Source: the human T2T-CHM13v2.0 reference genome, Homo sapiens. From it: a stretch of 64,000 nucleotides of DNA. Positions 1 through 24,917 of this stretch are shown piece after piece. The translations under genes and the position numbers were made by a program. The notes below the pieces were generated by a model, which searched no databases, was not told the DNA's origin, and saw nothing but the letters and a program-made list of their open reading frames with translations. Numbering within the stretch: position 1 is the stretch's first letter; each line of letters opens with the position of its first letter. Location of the stretch: NCBI RefSeq assembly GCF_009914755.1, contig NC_060936.1. The stretch is one strand, 5' to 3'.

Positions 1-144
1 TCACTACTGTTAATACTCTCTTAGGTTTTCTTCCAAATCTTATTAATACCTTTGCATATTATGTTTTTATTTATGGTAGAGATTTTCATCCATTCAACAG
101 AAGCTTATGGACTGCCTTTTTAGTTTATTTTAAAAGAATTTTTC

Positions 145-1040
<896 letters not shown>

Positions 1041-1378
1041 TGCCTATCTTGGTTTTGATTTGTTTGCAGACTCCACTAGTTGTCTAGGTTCTGAACTAGT
1101 TTTTGCCTCTTGCTCTCATCCTTGCCCCCAAAACCACAGGTTCACGGAAATTTTCCTGCAAGGAAAAGTTTTGTTTTGTTTATTTTTATTTTTGTTAATG
1201 GTTTGAGAAGGGGAGAAGGGCTCTACCTAAACACCTGAACCTTTCTAAGGCTATCCTTTGTAAGCACTGTGTGGTCTAATTATTGGACCTCTGTGCTTAT
1301 GATTCTATAATACCTCCTCTTAAACAAGATTAGTTTGCTGCTGCTTGAAAGATCTTGGCCATTACTACTTCAAACTTA

Positions 1379-1798
<420 letters not shown>

Positions 1799-2474
1799 CT
1801 ACATATTCTGAACCAGATAAATGAGATATATATCGCGATGCTTTGTAAACTGAAATACTATATACAAATTTAAATGTATTGACAGCCTTTCAGAATCTAT
1901 ATTAAGCACCTAGTTACAAGTCACTGTGGAAATAACAGTGTAATAAAGACTAAAAAAGACCCATTAGGCATTTTGATCAAAAATTCTCATTTTTCAAAAT
2001 TTGATCATATAATGCTTTGCTTTGTTAGTAAAGAACTGACCTAATTCCCTACAGGCATTGAAAACAAAACAAAGGCCAGAGCAATGGCTCATGCCTGTAA
2101 TCCTAGCACTTTGGATTGAGGCGGAAGGATAGATTGAGGTCAGCAGTTCAAGACCAGCTGGGCAATATAATGAGACCCCGTATCTAAAAAAGAAAATTAT
2201 TTTTGTAATTAGCCAGGCCTGGTGACACACACCTGTGGTCCCGGCTACTTCGGAGGCTGAGGCAGAAGGATTGCTTGAGCCCAGAAGTTTGAGGCTGCTG
2301 TGAGCTATGATCAAGCCACTACGATCTAGCTAGGGCAACAGAGCAAGACCTTTTTGCTAATAAATGGATAAATAAAGTGTTGAGACATTGAATAAAGAGA
2401 TTTAATGAGCCAACGCACATGAAATAGAATAGTTATCAACACATAATACTCAAGGTTTTTTAAAAAAGTATTGA

Positions 2475-2576
2475 GAGCTTGTTTCAGCAGCACATACACT
2501 AAAATTGAAGAATACAAGGAAGATTAGCATGGCCTCTGCACAACAATGACATGCAAATTGAAGTGTTCCATATTTT
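2475..2576 (+). pseudogene. RNU6: U6 snRNA retropseudogene, near full length
   Basis: 'gagcttgtttcagcagcacatacactaaaattgaagaatacaaggaagattagcatggcctctgcacaacaatgacatgcaaattgaagtgttccatatttt' aligns end to end with U6. The ACAGAGA box is mutated to acaagga. An A-rich tail follows, with flanking aaaagt(a/g)ttgaga repeats. Confidence 0.95.
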
Positions 2577-3415
2577 AAAAAATTTTAAAAAAGAATAAAA
2601 GTGTTGAGACAAATTTATAATTAACAAAGTCATAAATAGCCAAGAGAAACTTAGCTAATCTTTATTGGTGATTACATCCCACCTCCACCACTGCTTCTCT
2701 CAGTTTATGACCACAGCAAGGTTCCTACTTTTATAGGAACGCAAATGCATAAAGGTCATGATAAGGTGTTGAAAAATAAAATATCAAAACTGCCATTTCC
2801 TGTATATTTTATGATTCTAACTAATGACAGCCATTACTCTGTAGGAAAGATACATATCTTTAGGGCAATGTTGCTTTTCAAAATGTAGTCATTCCTATTA
2901 ATATTGACCTAGTATTATAGTTTCCTACTTATTAAAATGAAGTCTTTGAGGAAGTAGAATTATAGCATCATGCTAGAATTAAAACTAAATGTTTGGTTTT
3001 CATTTATTTATGTATTTATTTATTTGAGACAGGGTCTCACTTTGTCACCTAGGCTGGAGTACAGTAGTGTCATCATGGCTCATGTCAGCCTAGACCTCCA
3101 GGGCTCAAGCGATTCTCCCAGCTCAGCCTCACAAGTAACTGGGACTACAGGCGTGAAAAGCAAATTTAAAAATTTTTAATTTGTTCATAGAAATGGGGTC
3201 CCATTCTGTTGCCCAGGCTGAGCTTGACTTCTTAGACTCAAGTGATCCTCCTGCCTCAGCCTCCCAAAGTGTTAGGATTACAGGTATGAGCCACTGCACC
3301 TGGTCAAAACTAAATGTTTAGATTGTAAGTCTTTGGAATTTTTTTCTTTAAAGTCTTTAGAATTTTTTTCTTTAGACAACCATGTAGAATTGATCTCACC
3401 TCAAATGTCATCCTA

Positions 3416-5475
<2,060 letters not shown>

Positions 5476-5559
5476 AAAAATTGCAACCTACCCTTAGCCT
5501 GATGTTTTAATACTTCTCACCAGATTATAATTTACTTGCTTATTATGCTGATTATTTAT

Positions 5560-5660
5560 TGTCTTACATTCACTAGAATGTAAGATCTATGAATGCAAGT
5601 ATTTTTGTCTATTTGTTCACTATTTTGTTCCTGTCCATGGCCATTAAACAAATATTTAAA
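5560..5660 (+). mobile_element. L2 3' end fragment
   Basis: 'cactagaatgtaagatctatgaatgcaagtatttttgtctatttgttcact' resembles the L2 3' consensus. Confidence 0.6.
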
Positions 5661-7489
5661 TTACAAAATAAGTTTTTGAGGCCAAGGCCCTAAATATTAG
5701 TTTAGTTCTTAAGCATATATTCTGCAATATGATTAAACTTGTTTCCTAAGATAGTCGTAACTGAAGCACTTGTCCTAATTTGATACAAGAAGCCAAACCG
5801 TCATCTTCAAGGAAATTGTGATATTTGAAGAGAAGCCACCAGGTGGTGGTGTTGTTTCAGACTAATTCCTACTAGAATCAGGTCAATTGGTCAGTTTACT
5901 AAAAGCTGAGAGGGCAGTTTCATCCTTTTCAGATCTTATAGTCCAGGAATCACTAAATTTTAAAATGTGAATGTTTTAATGCAGTTCAAGCAAATAAAAT
6001 AATTCAAAAACTCCTTTGACTATAAGTCACAATAAGATCAAATAAGCTCAGAATTTTAAAGCTAGAAAAATCCTCAATTTCAGCCACCTCAATTACACAT
6101 AAAGAAGTAAAAACAAACTAGACAACAAAGCCAGGACAGCAAATTTGATAATTTAACTTGGCCTGGAATAACTAAATTATGATGTCTTTTGTAACTGAGC
6201 CATGATCTATACATTTCATAAATTTCTTTTCAAATACATACCTATGCCTCAAGTATTTGCTGTAGTTTCCAAAGAACTTAGCATTTATGTGTGTTCCATT
6301 GCCTATTGGAAGTTACATTCTGTTGTTCAGATTTTATTCTACAAAGAAGAAACCCATAATAAGTATAAATATATAAGTATAATATAGGCTTCATAAGGGC
6401 TTATAACTATGTATATTTATAATTGTATTTTAAATTTAGGAGCAATTTGAGATCATAAGTAGGTGTGTTGAGTTTCCCAAATTAGGATGTGTATAGTGTG
6501 TTTCAAACATGTTTCCTTTTAATGACATGTATTTTGCCAACAAAGCAGAATTTCTCTTTAGACTAAAGGTTGTTATTTTTTCAATTAAGATACAATTCGC
6601 ATACCATAACTCACCATTTTTAAATGTACAATTCAGTGGTTTTTAGTAGATTCACAAGGTTTGCAACTGTCACCACTATCTAATACCAGAACATTTTCAG
6701 CACCCTGAATAGAAAGTCTATACCCATTAAGTAATAATTCTCTAGTCCTTGCCCCAAATTCCTGCCTCTGGTAACCTCTAATCTACTTTCTTTCTCTATG
6801 AATTTGCCTAATCTAGGTAGTTCATATAAGTAGGATCATACAGTATTTGTTCTTTTGTGTTTGGCTTATTTGGCATAATGTTTTCAAGGTTCATCCATAT
6901 TGTAGCATGTATCAATATGTCATTCCTTTTTATGGCTGAATAATATTCTGTTATATGAACATACCACAATTTGTTTATCCATTCATAAGTTAGTGGACAT
7001 TGGGTTGTTTTCACTTTTTGGCTATTTGAATAAAGATGCTATTAACATCTCTGCACAAGTTTTTGTGGGTACATATGTTTTCAGTTCTCTTGGGTATATA
7101 CCTAGGAGTGGAATTGGTGGGTCATATGTATGTTTAACTTTTTGAAGAACTACCAAACTATTTCCCATGGTGGCTATGCCATTTTACATTCACACCAGCA
7201 ATGCATCTGGGTTCTGTTTTTTCCACATTCTCACCATCACTTATTTTCCACTTTTTAAATTATAGCCATCCTAGCAGGTGGTTTGCATCGTGGTTTTGAT
7301 TTGAATTTTGCTGATAAAAACTAATGATTTTGAAAATCTTTTCACATGTTTATTGGACATACATATATCTTCTTTGGAGAAATGTCTATTCACGTCTTTT
7401 GACCATCTTTTAGTTGGATTATTTTTCTATTGTTGAGTTGTAAAAGTTCTTTATATATTCTGTGTACTAGATCCTTATCAGATTTATGA

Positions 7490-7864
<375 letters not shown>

Positions 7865-7892
7865 AAAAGTTTTTAATTTTGTTGAAGTCCAG

Positions 7893-8629
<737 letters not shown>

Positions 8630-9202
8630 TCATATCTGAGAAACCATTGCCTAACCCAAGCTCACAAAGATTTACAGTTGTATTTTCTTCTAGGAGTTTT
8701 ATTGTTTTAGCTCTTATATTTTGATCTTTTTCTATTTTGGGTTGATTTTTGCAAATCGTATGAAATATGGATCCAAATTCATTTGCTTGGCCAGGCTTGG
8801 GTGGCTCATGCCTGTAATCCCAGTACTTTGGGAGGGCAAGGCAGGCAGATCGCTTGAGGCCAGGAGTTTGAAACCAGCCTGGCCAACATGGTGAAACCTG
8901 TCTCTACTAAAAATACAAAAATTAGCCAGGTGTGGTGTTGCATGCTTGTAATCCCATCTACTCGGGAGGCTGAAGCAGGAGAATCACTTGAACTTGGGAG
9001 GTGGAGGTTTCAGTAAGCCAAGATTGCACCACTGCACTCCTGCCTGTGTGACAGAGAAAGACTGTCTCAAAAAAACAAAACAAAACAAAACAAACCCTGC
9101 CATGTGAATATCCAGTTGTCCTGGCACCTTTTGTTGAAGAAAGTAGACTTTCTCCATTAAATGGTCTTCACACCTTGTCAAAAATCAATTGATCATAGGT
9201 AA

Positions 9203-9743
<541 letters not shown>

Positions 9744-10096
9744 TAGGCTGAAGTGCAGTGGCATAATCTCAGCTCACTACAACCTCTGCCACCCGGGCTC
9801 AAGTGATCCTCCCACCTAGGCTTCTGAGTAGCTGGAACTGCAGGTGTGCACCACCACACCCAGATAATTTTTGAATTTTTAGTAGAGACAGGGTTTCACC
9901 ATGTTGCCAAGGCTGGTCTTAAACTTCTGAGCTCAAGTGATCTGCCTGCCTTGGCCTCCCAAAGTGCTGCTGGCATTGCAGAGATGAGCCACCACACTTG
10001 GCCCATCTTTTTTCTTTTTTTAAATAATTTTAACTAATTTTACAAAAAAAAAGTCAGTATTCATTTCACATTACTACATTACAAGTTTATTTCTGA

Positions 10097-10417
<321 letters not shown>

Positions 10418-10648
10418 TAGTCCATTGATGTATATGTTTATCTTTGTGCCAGTACCACACACACCGTGTTGATTTTTTTTTTTTTAATTTTGAGACAGAG
10501 CATTACTCTGTTGCCCAGATTGGAGTATGATGGTGCAATCATAGCTCACTATAGCCTCAAACTCCTGGACTCAAGCAATCCCCCTGCCTCAGTCTCCTGA
10601 ATAGCAAGGACTATGAGTGTGCAACACTATCCCTGGCTAATTTTTTAA

Positions 10649-10744
<96 letters not shown>

Positions 10745-10950
10745 TGATTATAGTAGCTTTGTAGTAGGTTTTAAAATTAGGAAGTGTGAGTCCTCCAACT
10801 TTGTTCATTTCCTACTTTGTCTTGGCTATTCTGGGTCCCTTCCATTTCCATGTGAATTTTAGAATCAGTTTATTCATTTCTGCAAAAAAAAAAAAAGGCA
10901 GTTGGAATTTTTATAGGGATTACATTGAATCTGTAGATTAATTTGGGAAA

Positions 10951-12820
<1,870 letters not shown>

Positions 12821-13055
12821 GGAAGTGCTGTCATCTTAACAACATTTATGGGCCAGGCACAGCAGTTTGTGCCGGTAATCCCAGCATTTTGGGAGGCCAA
12901 TGCCTGGGTTTTGTAGGCCAAACCCAGGAGTTTGAGACCAGCCTGGGCAACATGGTAAAACCTCATAACTATTTAAAAAAAATAAAAAATTAGGCTGGGC
13001 GCGGTGGCTCACGCCTATAATCCCAGCATTTTGGGAGGCCAAGGCAGGCGGATCA

Positions 13056-13331
<276 letters not shown>

Positions 13332-13631
13332 CTAGCTACTCAGAAGGCTGAGGTGAGAGGATCGATTGAGTTCAGAAAGTCAAGGTTGCAGTGAGCTGTG
13401 ATCACACCACTGCACTCCAGCATGGGAAACAGAGAGAGACCTTGTCTGAAAAAAAAAAAAAAAAAAAAAAAAACCATAAAAAACAATATTATATAGGCCA
13501 GGAGTGGTGGCTCATGCCTGTAATCCCAACACTTTGGGAGGCCGAGGTGGGTGGATCACCTGAGGCCAGGATTTCAAGTTCAGCCTGGCCAACATGGCGA
13601 AACCCCGTCTCTACTAAAAATACTAAAATTA

Positions 13632-14471
<840 letters not shown>

Positions 14472-14614
14472 TAGCTGGGATTATAGGCACGCGTTACCAT
14501 GCCTGGTTAATTTTTGTTTTTTTACTAGAGACGGGGTTTCACCATGTTGGCCAGGCTGGTCTCGAACTCCTGCGCCTGGCCTGTGACCTAAATTTGTATT
14601 TTTGTTTTTATTTA

Positions 14615-14790
14615 TTTATTATATATAATAAACAGAAATGTATTGGCTCATGATTTGGGAGGCTGGAAAGTCCAAGACTGAGAAGCTGACATCTGGCAAG
14701 GGCCTTATTCTGTGTTATCCCATGGTGGAAGGGCAAAGAGAGGGCAAGAGAGAGCCAAAAGGGGGCCAAACTCATCCTTTGATAAAGAAA
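14615..14790 (-). mobile_element. MaLR (MST) LTR fragment
   Basis: 'aacagaaatgtattggctcatgatttgggaggctggaaagtccaagactgag...catggtggaagggcaaagagag'. Confidence 0.7.
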
Positions 14791-15347
14791 CTTTGATGCC
14801 TGGGAGCAGTGGCTCATGTCTGTAATCCCAGCATTTTGTAAGGCTAAAGAGGGTGGATCACTTGAGCCCAAGAATTTGAGACCAGCATGGGCAACATGAT
14901 GAAACCTCATCTGTATAAAAAATTTAAAAATCAGCCAGGCACAATGGCTCATGCCTGTAATCCCAGCACTTTGGGAGGCTGAGGTGGGTGGATCACGAGG
15001 TCAGAAGTTCGAGACCAGCCTGGCCAATATGGTGAAACCCCGTCTCTACTAAAAATACAAAAATTAGCTGGGCATGGTGGCGTGCTCCTAGTAATCCCAG
15101 CAACTTGGCAGGCTGAGGCAGAAGAATCACTTGAACCCAGGAGGTGGAGGTTGCAGTGAGCCAGCATTGCCCCACTGTACTCCAGCCTGGGCAACAGAAT
15201 GAGACTCCATCTCAAAAAAAAAAAGTTGCCTGGTGCAGTGGCTCACGCCTGTAATCCCAGCACTTTGGGAGGCTGAGGCTGGCAGATCACCTGAGGTCAG
15301 GAGTTCGAGACCAGCCTGACCAACATAGAGAAACTCTGTCTCTACTA

Positions 15348-15506
<159 letters not shown>

Positions 15507-15531
15507 TCAAAAAAAAAAAAAAGTAAAAAAT

Positions 15532-16095
<564 letters not shown>

Positions 16096-16380
16096 TTAAA
16101 AATTAAATTATTAGTTACATAATTTTTAGAGGAACTTAAATTACCCAGCTATGCATTAACTGTAATAACTATTTATATAGTTGATCAAATTTTTTAGGCT
16201 ATAGGACAGCTGTTGTTTCTGAAGTTGAAGTTAGCTAAAATATTTTAAAAAGTGAACACTTGCATGATAAAACATATTACAATAGGACTTGGAAAATGGA
16301 GTTAAAAAAAAACTTGGTTACTGGCATTTTTGCTGTTAATGTTGCACTGGCAGGAAAAAGAAATTAGGTGACTTTTGTGA

Positions 16381-17601
<1,221 letters not shown>

Positions 17602-18563
17602 GTGACATAACGATTGTTATAATTAAACATAACTGTGTTAGTTGTAGCTGAGAAAGCAAAGGCTTTGGAACTTTATTTAAAGGCAAACAAAGCCAGGCGT
17701 GGTGGTGCATGCCTGTAGTCCCAGCACTTTGGGACGATGAGGCAGGAAGATTACTTGAGCTGGGGAGATTGAGGCTGCACCAGTGAGTGACACCCGTCTC
17801 TAAATAAATAAATAAAAGCAAATGAAATATATCTAACCAATCAACAACTTGAAACTGCCCAATCAGTCCTATTGACTTACCAGTGATTAAAATGAACTGT
17901 TGGCCTTTTTTTCTTTCTTTTTTTTTTTTTTTTTTTTTAAGAGACAGGGTCTCCTTCTGTCACCCATGTTGGGATGTATGGCACTATCATAGCTCACTGC
18001 AGCTTTGAACTCCAAGGCTCAAGCAATCCTCTTGCCTCAGCCTCCCAAAGAAAATGGATTCTTATGAACAAAAACATCTGATGAACCCTTTCTCCAGTCC
18101 TGATTTTCTCTCAAGCTTCTGTTCTGAATCTCCAACTACTTACTAGAGAGTTCTTTATGGGATATTCACTCAAGCTTCATATGTCTAAAACCAAACATAC
18201 CTTTTTGCTAACTAAAAAGTAAAACAAACACAACTCTAAAAATCTGATTTACTCTCCCAACTTTCTTATTTCTCTGCTCAATGAGCCAAATTCTACCTCT
18301 CCTTGCCACCTATGGGTTAATGCAGAGGGCCTTTCTCTGGCCTCACAGTGACCAAATCTTGTTCATTCATCCTTTATCTCCTACTCTCGGACAGTAGCCT
18401 ATTTTTCCTCACCCTCAAATACCTTTGAATACCACCACTTTGCATCTAATAAAGTCTGTCCTGTACTAGGTACTCAATACATGTTCACAGAATATATCAT
18501 GTTAATTTCTCTATTAGAAACCTTTAAAACTCATTGCCAAGGATGTTCGTAATTGTTGGTTAC

Positions 18564-19670
<1,107 letters not shown>

Positions 19671-20050
19671 GTTACTTACTTTTTTAGAAGGCTAACTTTT
19701 TAAGGGCAGCGTCTTTCTTATTCTTCTCTGTATCTCCAGTGCTACCACACTGGAGTTCAATAAATGTTTGTTGAATTCATGAAGGATGAGGCTTGAATTT
19801 CTTAACTTAGCATTCAGATACTTCCATAATCAGATCCAACTGACTACCTCTCTCCAGTTCAGTCAAACATTGTGGAATCGGGGGGAAACTCACTGTTTCC
19901 AGGACTCTGTAGATTTTGCTTCTATAGTGAGGTTTGCCATTACCATTGGGAAAGCCATCCAGCCACTCTGTGGTTCAGATTCCTCTGCAAAATGAAGGAT
20001 TAGTCAAGAGTGAAACTCCTCAGACTTTAATGTCTACATACAAAGCACCT

Positions 20051-20358
20051 GGCCGGGCGAGGTGGCTCAAGCCTGTAATCCCAGCACTTTGGGAGGCTGA
20101 GGCAGGTAGATCACGAGGTCAGGAGAACGAGACCATCCTGGCTAACAGAGTGAAACCCCGTCTCTACTAAAAATACAAAAATTAGCTGGGCGTGGTGGCG
20201 GGCGCCTGTAGTCCCAACTACTCGGGAGGCTGAGGCAGGAGAATGGCGTGAACCTGGAGGTGGAGCTTGCAGTGAGCCGAGATGGTGCCACTGCACTCCA
20301 GCCTGGGTGACAGAGCGAGACTCCATCTCTAAAAAAACAAAACAAAAAAACAAACAAA
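20051..20358 (+). mobile_element. AluY
   Basis: 'gagaccatcctggctaac...gaatggcgtgaacc...ggagcttgcagtgagccgag'. Flanked by aaagcacc repeats. Confidence 0.85.
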
Positions 20359-20436
20359 AAAAGCACCAAAGACCTTGAACATGCACAATCAGACTGTGAT
20401 TCTGCATTTCTACAAGCTCCCAGGGGATGCTAATGC

Positions 20437-20861
20437 ATGAATATTTGTACCTTTTTCTACCTTTCAAAGATCATGTTGAAATTTAATCCCCAGTGTGGCA
20501 GTATTGAGAAGTGGGGCCTTTAAGAGGTGACTGGGCCATGAGGGCTCTGCTTTCATGACGAATTAATCCATTTCTGGATTCACGGATTCATGAATTAATG
20601 GATTATTATGAGAGTAGGACTGGTGGCTTTCTAAGAAAAGGGAGACACCTGAGCTAGCATACTCAGTCCCCTTACCATGAGACATCCTGCACAGCCTTGG
20701 GAGTCTGCAGAGAGTCCTCACCAGCAAGAAGGCTCTCACCAGATACGGTCCCTTGACCTTGGACTTCTCGGCCTCCATAACTATAAGGAATAAATTCCTT
20801 TTCTTATAAATTACCCAGTTTCAGTTATTCTGTTTTAAGCAACAGAAAACAGACTAAGACA
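20437..20861 (+). mobile_element. MaLR solo LTR (MSTB-like)
   Basis: 'catgttgaaatttaatccccagtgtggcagtattgagaagtggggcctttaagagg...ccctt gaccttggacttctcggcctcc...agactaagaca'. Confidence 0.85.
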
Positions 20862-23060
20862 ACTATTGAAGTAATTACGAAGTTCTATGTTCTCTGGTCT
20901 ATTTATTGTCTTTTTCATGACTGATGCTATAAAGTTCTGTATATTGCTTCTCTTTCCTGAGATGCTTTCTCTATTCATTTCCCTCCATATAAATCCAACT
21001 CACCTTTTCAAGCTCTTTCTCCTGGGCAAAGCCTTCCATTACTACTCTAGTTCCCCAATTCCCCCCATCTTTATTATATTATAGTATCCATTGCTGGCAC
21101 TTGGAATGTTACACTAATCACCTACAACTATTAATTGTTGCTTATCATTATGTACACAAGTAACCAGTTATATATATTTTTTTCTTTCCTAGGAGGCTTA
21201 CAACAGTGGCTCAGGTATAGTAAGTTGCAAGTTTTGTTGAATAAATGAATGAATGAATGAATAATTTACTATAGCATTGGTGCTCCAGAGAGATATCAAA
21301 TGTTTCAGTATTTTATAAAATTGTTTTCCAGAACTTAGAGGAAACTGCCAATTTGGAATTTCCCCAGCCTATTCAAATGAGGCAGTCCAAGCTAAGCAAT
21401 AATTTGATCCATTCAAAAGTTAACGATATTAAAAATAAATGTTGATATTAAATTTCAAATTTCTCTTTAGCTTCTGAAACACTGGCATTTGCTACTGCTG
21501 TTTTTGTCTCACTTTTCAAAGCCAAATACACACAATATATTATGCATGAGAAATTAGCATCATATTGCATAAAAGATTTGTCCATAGAGTATGATTTGTT
21601 ATTATATCATGATTTCAACAGCTTGGTCAAACAATCTGCTTTATACTAAATATCATGCTGCATACCAAATAATGAAGTGGACTTTCTGCCTGTTGAAAGA
21701 CAAAGAATCTTTATTATTGATATAGAGAAGTTGTTTTAATCTTAAAGTTAAAATAAGGAAGTTCTTTGAATATTGCTTAACTCACAACTGTGGGAAAAAA
21801 CGTAGAAGCATTTCAGAACCTACCATCCTACTTTGCATTTCTATTGAACAGTTGCGTTTTAACCACCTTGCAATATTTGTTGTATAAAATACACTTTAAC
21901 CCTAATATAAATTTATAATTTTTGACAAGAGTAAGTAACTATATTACATATTACCAAATTTTTGATCAGATAAATATTTTGGTTGTAAGTCATTATAATT
22001 GAAATTTACTGTAAAATCTCTTGGTAAACTTGTAAAGTATTAGCTCCACAAATGTAAAGCATTATAATCATTACTATGCAAAACATATAATATTTCTGAA
22101 AATGCTGGAAAATATAAGCTAAATGAGTACACCTAATAAAGTAATGTATCACTTGAATAGGAGCTATAAAGTATAATGAATCTTATTCTTAACAGATTTT
22201 AGTCATTTAAGTTTGTTTTCTTTAAAGAATTTCTATTCTTAATTTAGTTTACATACCTCTGATGGAAACTTCTCTTCACAAAGTAAAGTGAAGATTCTCA
22301 GAAGACAGACATTAATATTCACTTTTAACTATCTTTTCATTTATGTAGTTCTCTAGCTTCTGATAAAATATTTATGGAAGGAGGTCATCTTTAGTTCTGG
22401 TTTTGCAAAGCTCTCTGTCATCTGTAATCTCAGTTCTTCAGAATAGAGCAACACAGAATACAGAATTCATAGAGACCAGAAGGGCTGACTCAGGCCTGGC
22501 ATTTTTATAGAATGCTTAGAGCCAGAAGAACCTCGGAGATCATCTGTTCCAGTCTCCTTGTTTTACAACTGGGGATGCTGTGGCCTTGAGGTCACCCTGC
22601 TCATTAACTTGAACTCTTCTCTTCTTCAGTCCGTAGTTCCTTCCATCTTGTGAATTGAGACATGGGAAAACTAAGAATACTAAGAGCATCAGAAAACACA
22701 GGTAGGTGAAGGAGGTAACAAAGTCTCTTCCAGACGGCCGTGAAGCCCTGCCATTTGCAGCTTGCATCTCCACACCTGGCTCAACTCTCAATGGCTGCCA
22801 TCCTTGAGAGGCTTAAACCTCAACCAGTGACTGGCAATTACTAGACTGTTGATTAGACAAATGGAATATCTCTAAATGGGTTTTATTATCTGTATCTGTC
22901 ACAAGATAGCCACACTTTTCAAAAAGGAAAACAAATGTTTACTTTATCCCACAGATTCTTATCGTGTGTGCACTGAATGTTCATTACATGTACTTCCTTC
23001 TAACATTTATCAAGCGCTTACTGTGGGCCAGTCAGTATGCTGTTTGCTTCAACCGCATTG

Positions 23061-23402
23061 CATAGTCCCCCCGTGTCTGCAGGGGATACGTTCCATGACT
23101 CCAGTGGGTGCCTGGAACTGCAGATAGTATCCTGAACCCTATATATACTGTTTTATCCTATATCTACAAACCTATGATAAAGTTAAACTTATAAATTAGG
23201 CACAGAAATAAATTAACAACAATAACTAATAATAAAATAAAACAGCAATTATAACAATACACTGTAATAAAAGTTATGTGAATGTAATCTCTCTGTCTCA
23301 AAATGTCTTACTGTACTGTATTCACCTATTTTCCTCAACCAGGGTTGACCGTGGGTAACTGAAATCAAGGAAAGCAAAACCACAGATAAGGGGCAACTAT
23401 TG
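23061..23402. mobile_element. MER44A-like Tigger MITE
   Basis: 'catagtccccccgtgtctgcaggggatacgttccatgac' through 'gaccgtgggtaactgaaatcaaggaaagcaaaaccacagataaggggcaactattg' followed by TA. Confidence 0.8.
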
Positions 23403-23425
23403 TACTTCATTAAATCTTTATAGCT

Positions 23426-24072
<647 letters not shown>

Positions 24073-24738
24073 CTATTATTCTTCCATATTTTAAAGGCAA
24101 TGAAATTGAAGCTTAGGTAAGTTAAGCAATTTGCCCAAGGTGCATAGCTAGTAAGCAGCAGAGCTAGAATTAGAGTCCAAGCTGTCTGACATCAGAACCA
24201 GACCTCCTCAGCACTATTTCTGTGCTCTGCCTCTGGGAAAAAAAAAAACTGGCCTACCCAAAATAAGAAATTTCCTTATAAAAAGAAATAACACATACAC
24301 ACATACACATATGAAAACTGAAAATATTTACAAATTATTCTCTAAATGGCGTGTTCTTCTTTTCCTATTATTTGGGAAGAGTAAGTACGTCATCAATACT
24401 ATGAGAAACTTCAGAGTAATTCACCAGTATTTTTTTTTTTCTTTGAGGCAGGGTCTTACTCTGTCACCCAGGCTGGAATGAAGTAGTGTGATCTTGGCTC
24501 ACTGCAGCCTCAACCTCCAGGCTCAAGCAATCCTCCCACTTGGGACTACAGGCATGTGCCACTATGCCTGGTTATTTTTTTTTTTTTAATGTTTTGGTAG
24601 AGTTGAAGTCTCACTATGTTGTCCAGGCTGAGTCATTTTCAATTTCAATTTTATTTTTGCAATGCATCATTTTAAATATATATATATATATATCTACAAC
24701 CCTAACTTCCTCACCCAGAATCTCCTTCTCAGAACTAA

Positions 24739-24917
<179 letters not shown>

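Noticed and set aside
1146-1156. Palindromic NF-kB/Rel-like 'ggaaattttcc'
   Set aside because: It lacks the GGG half-site and is an isolated short motif.
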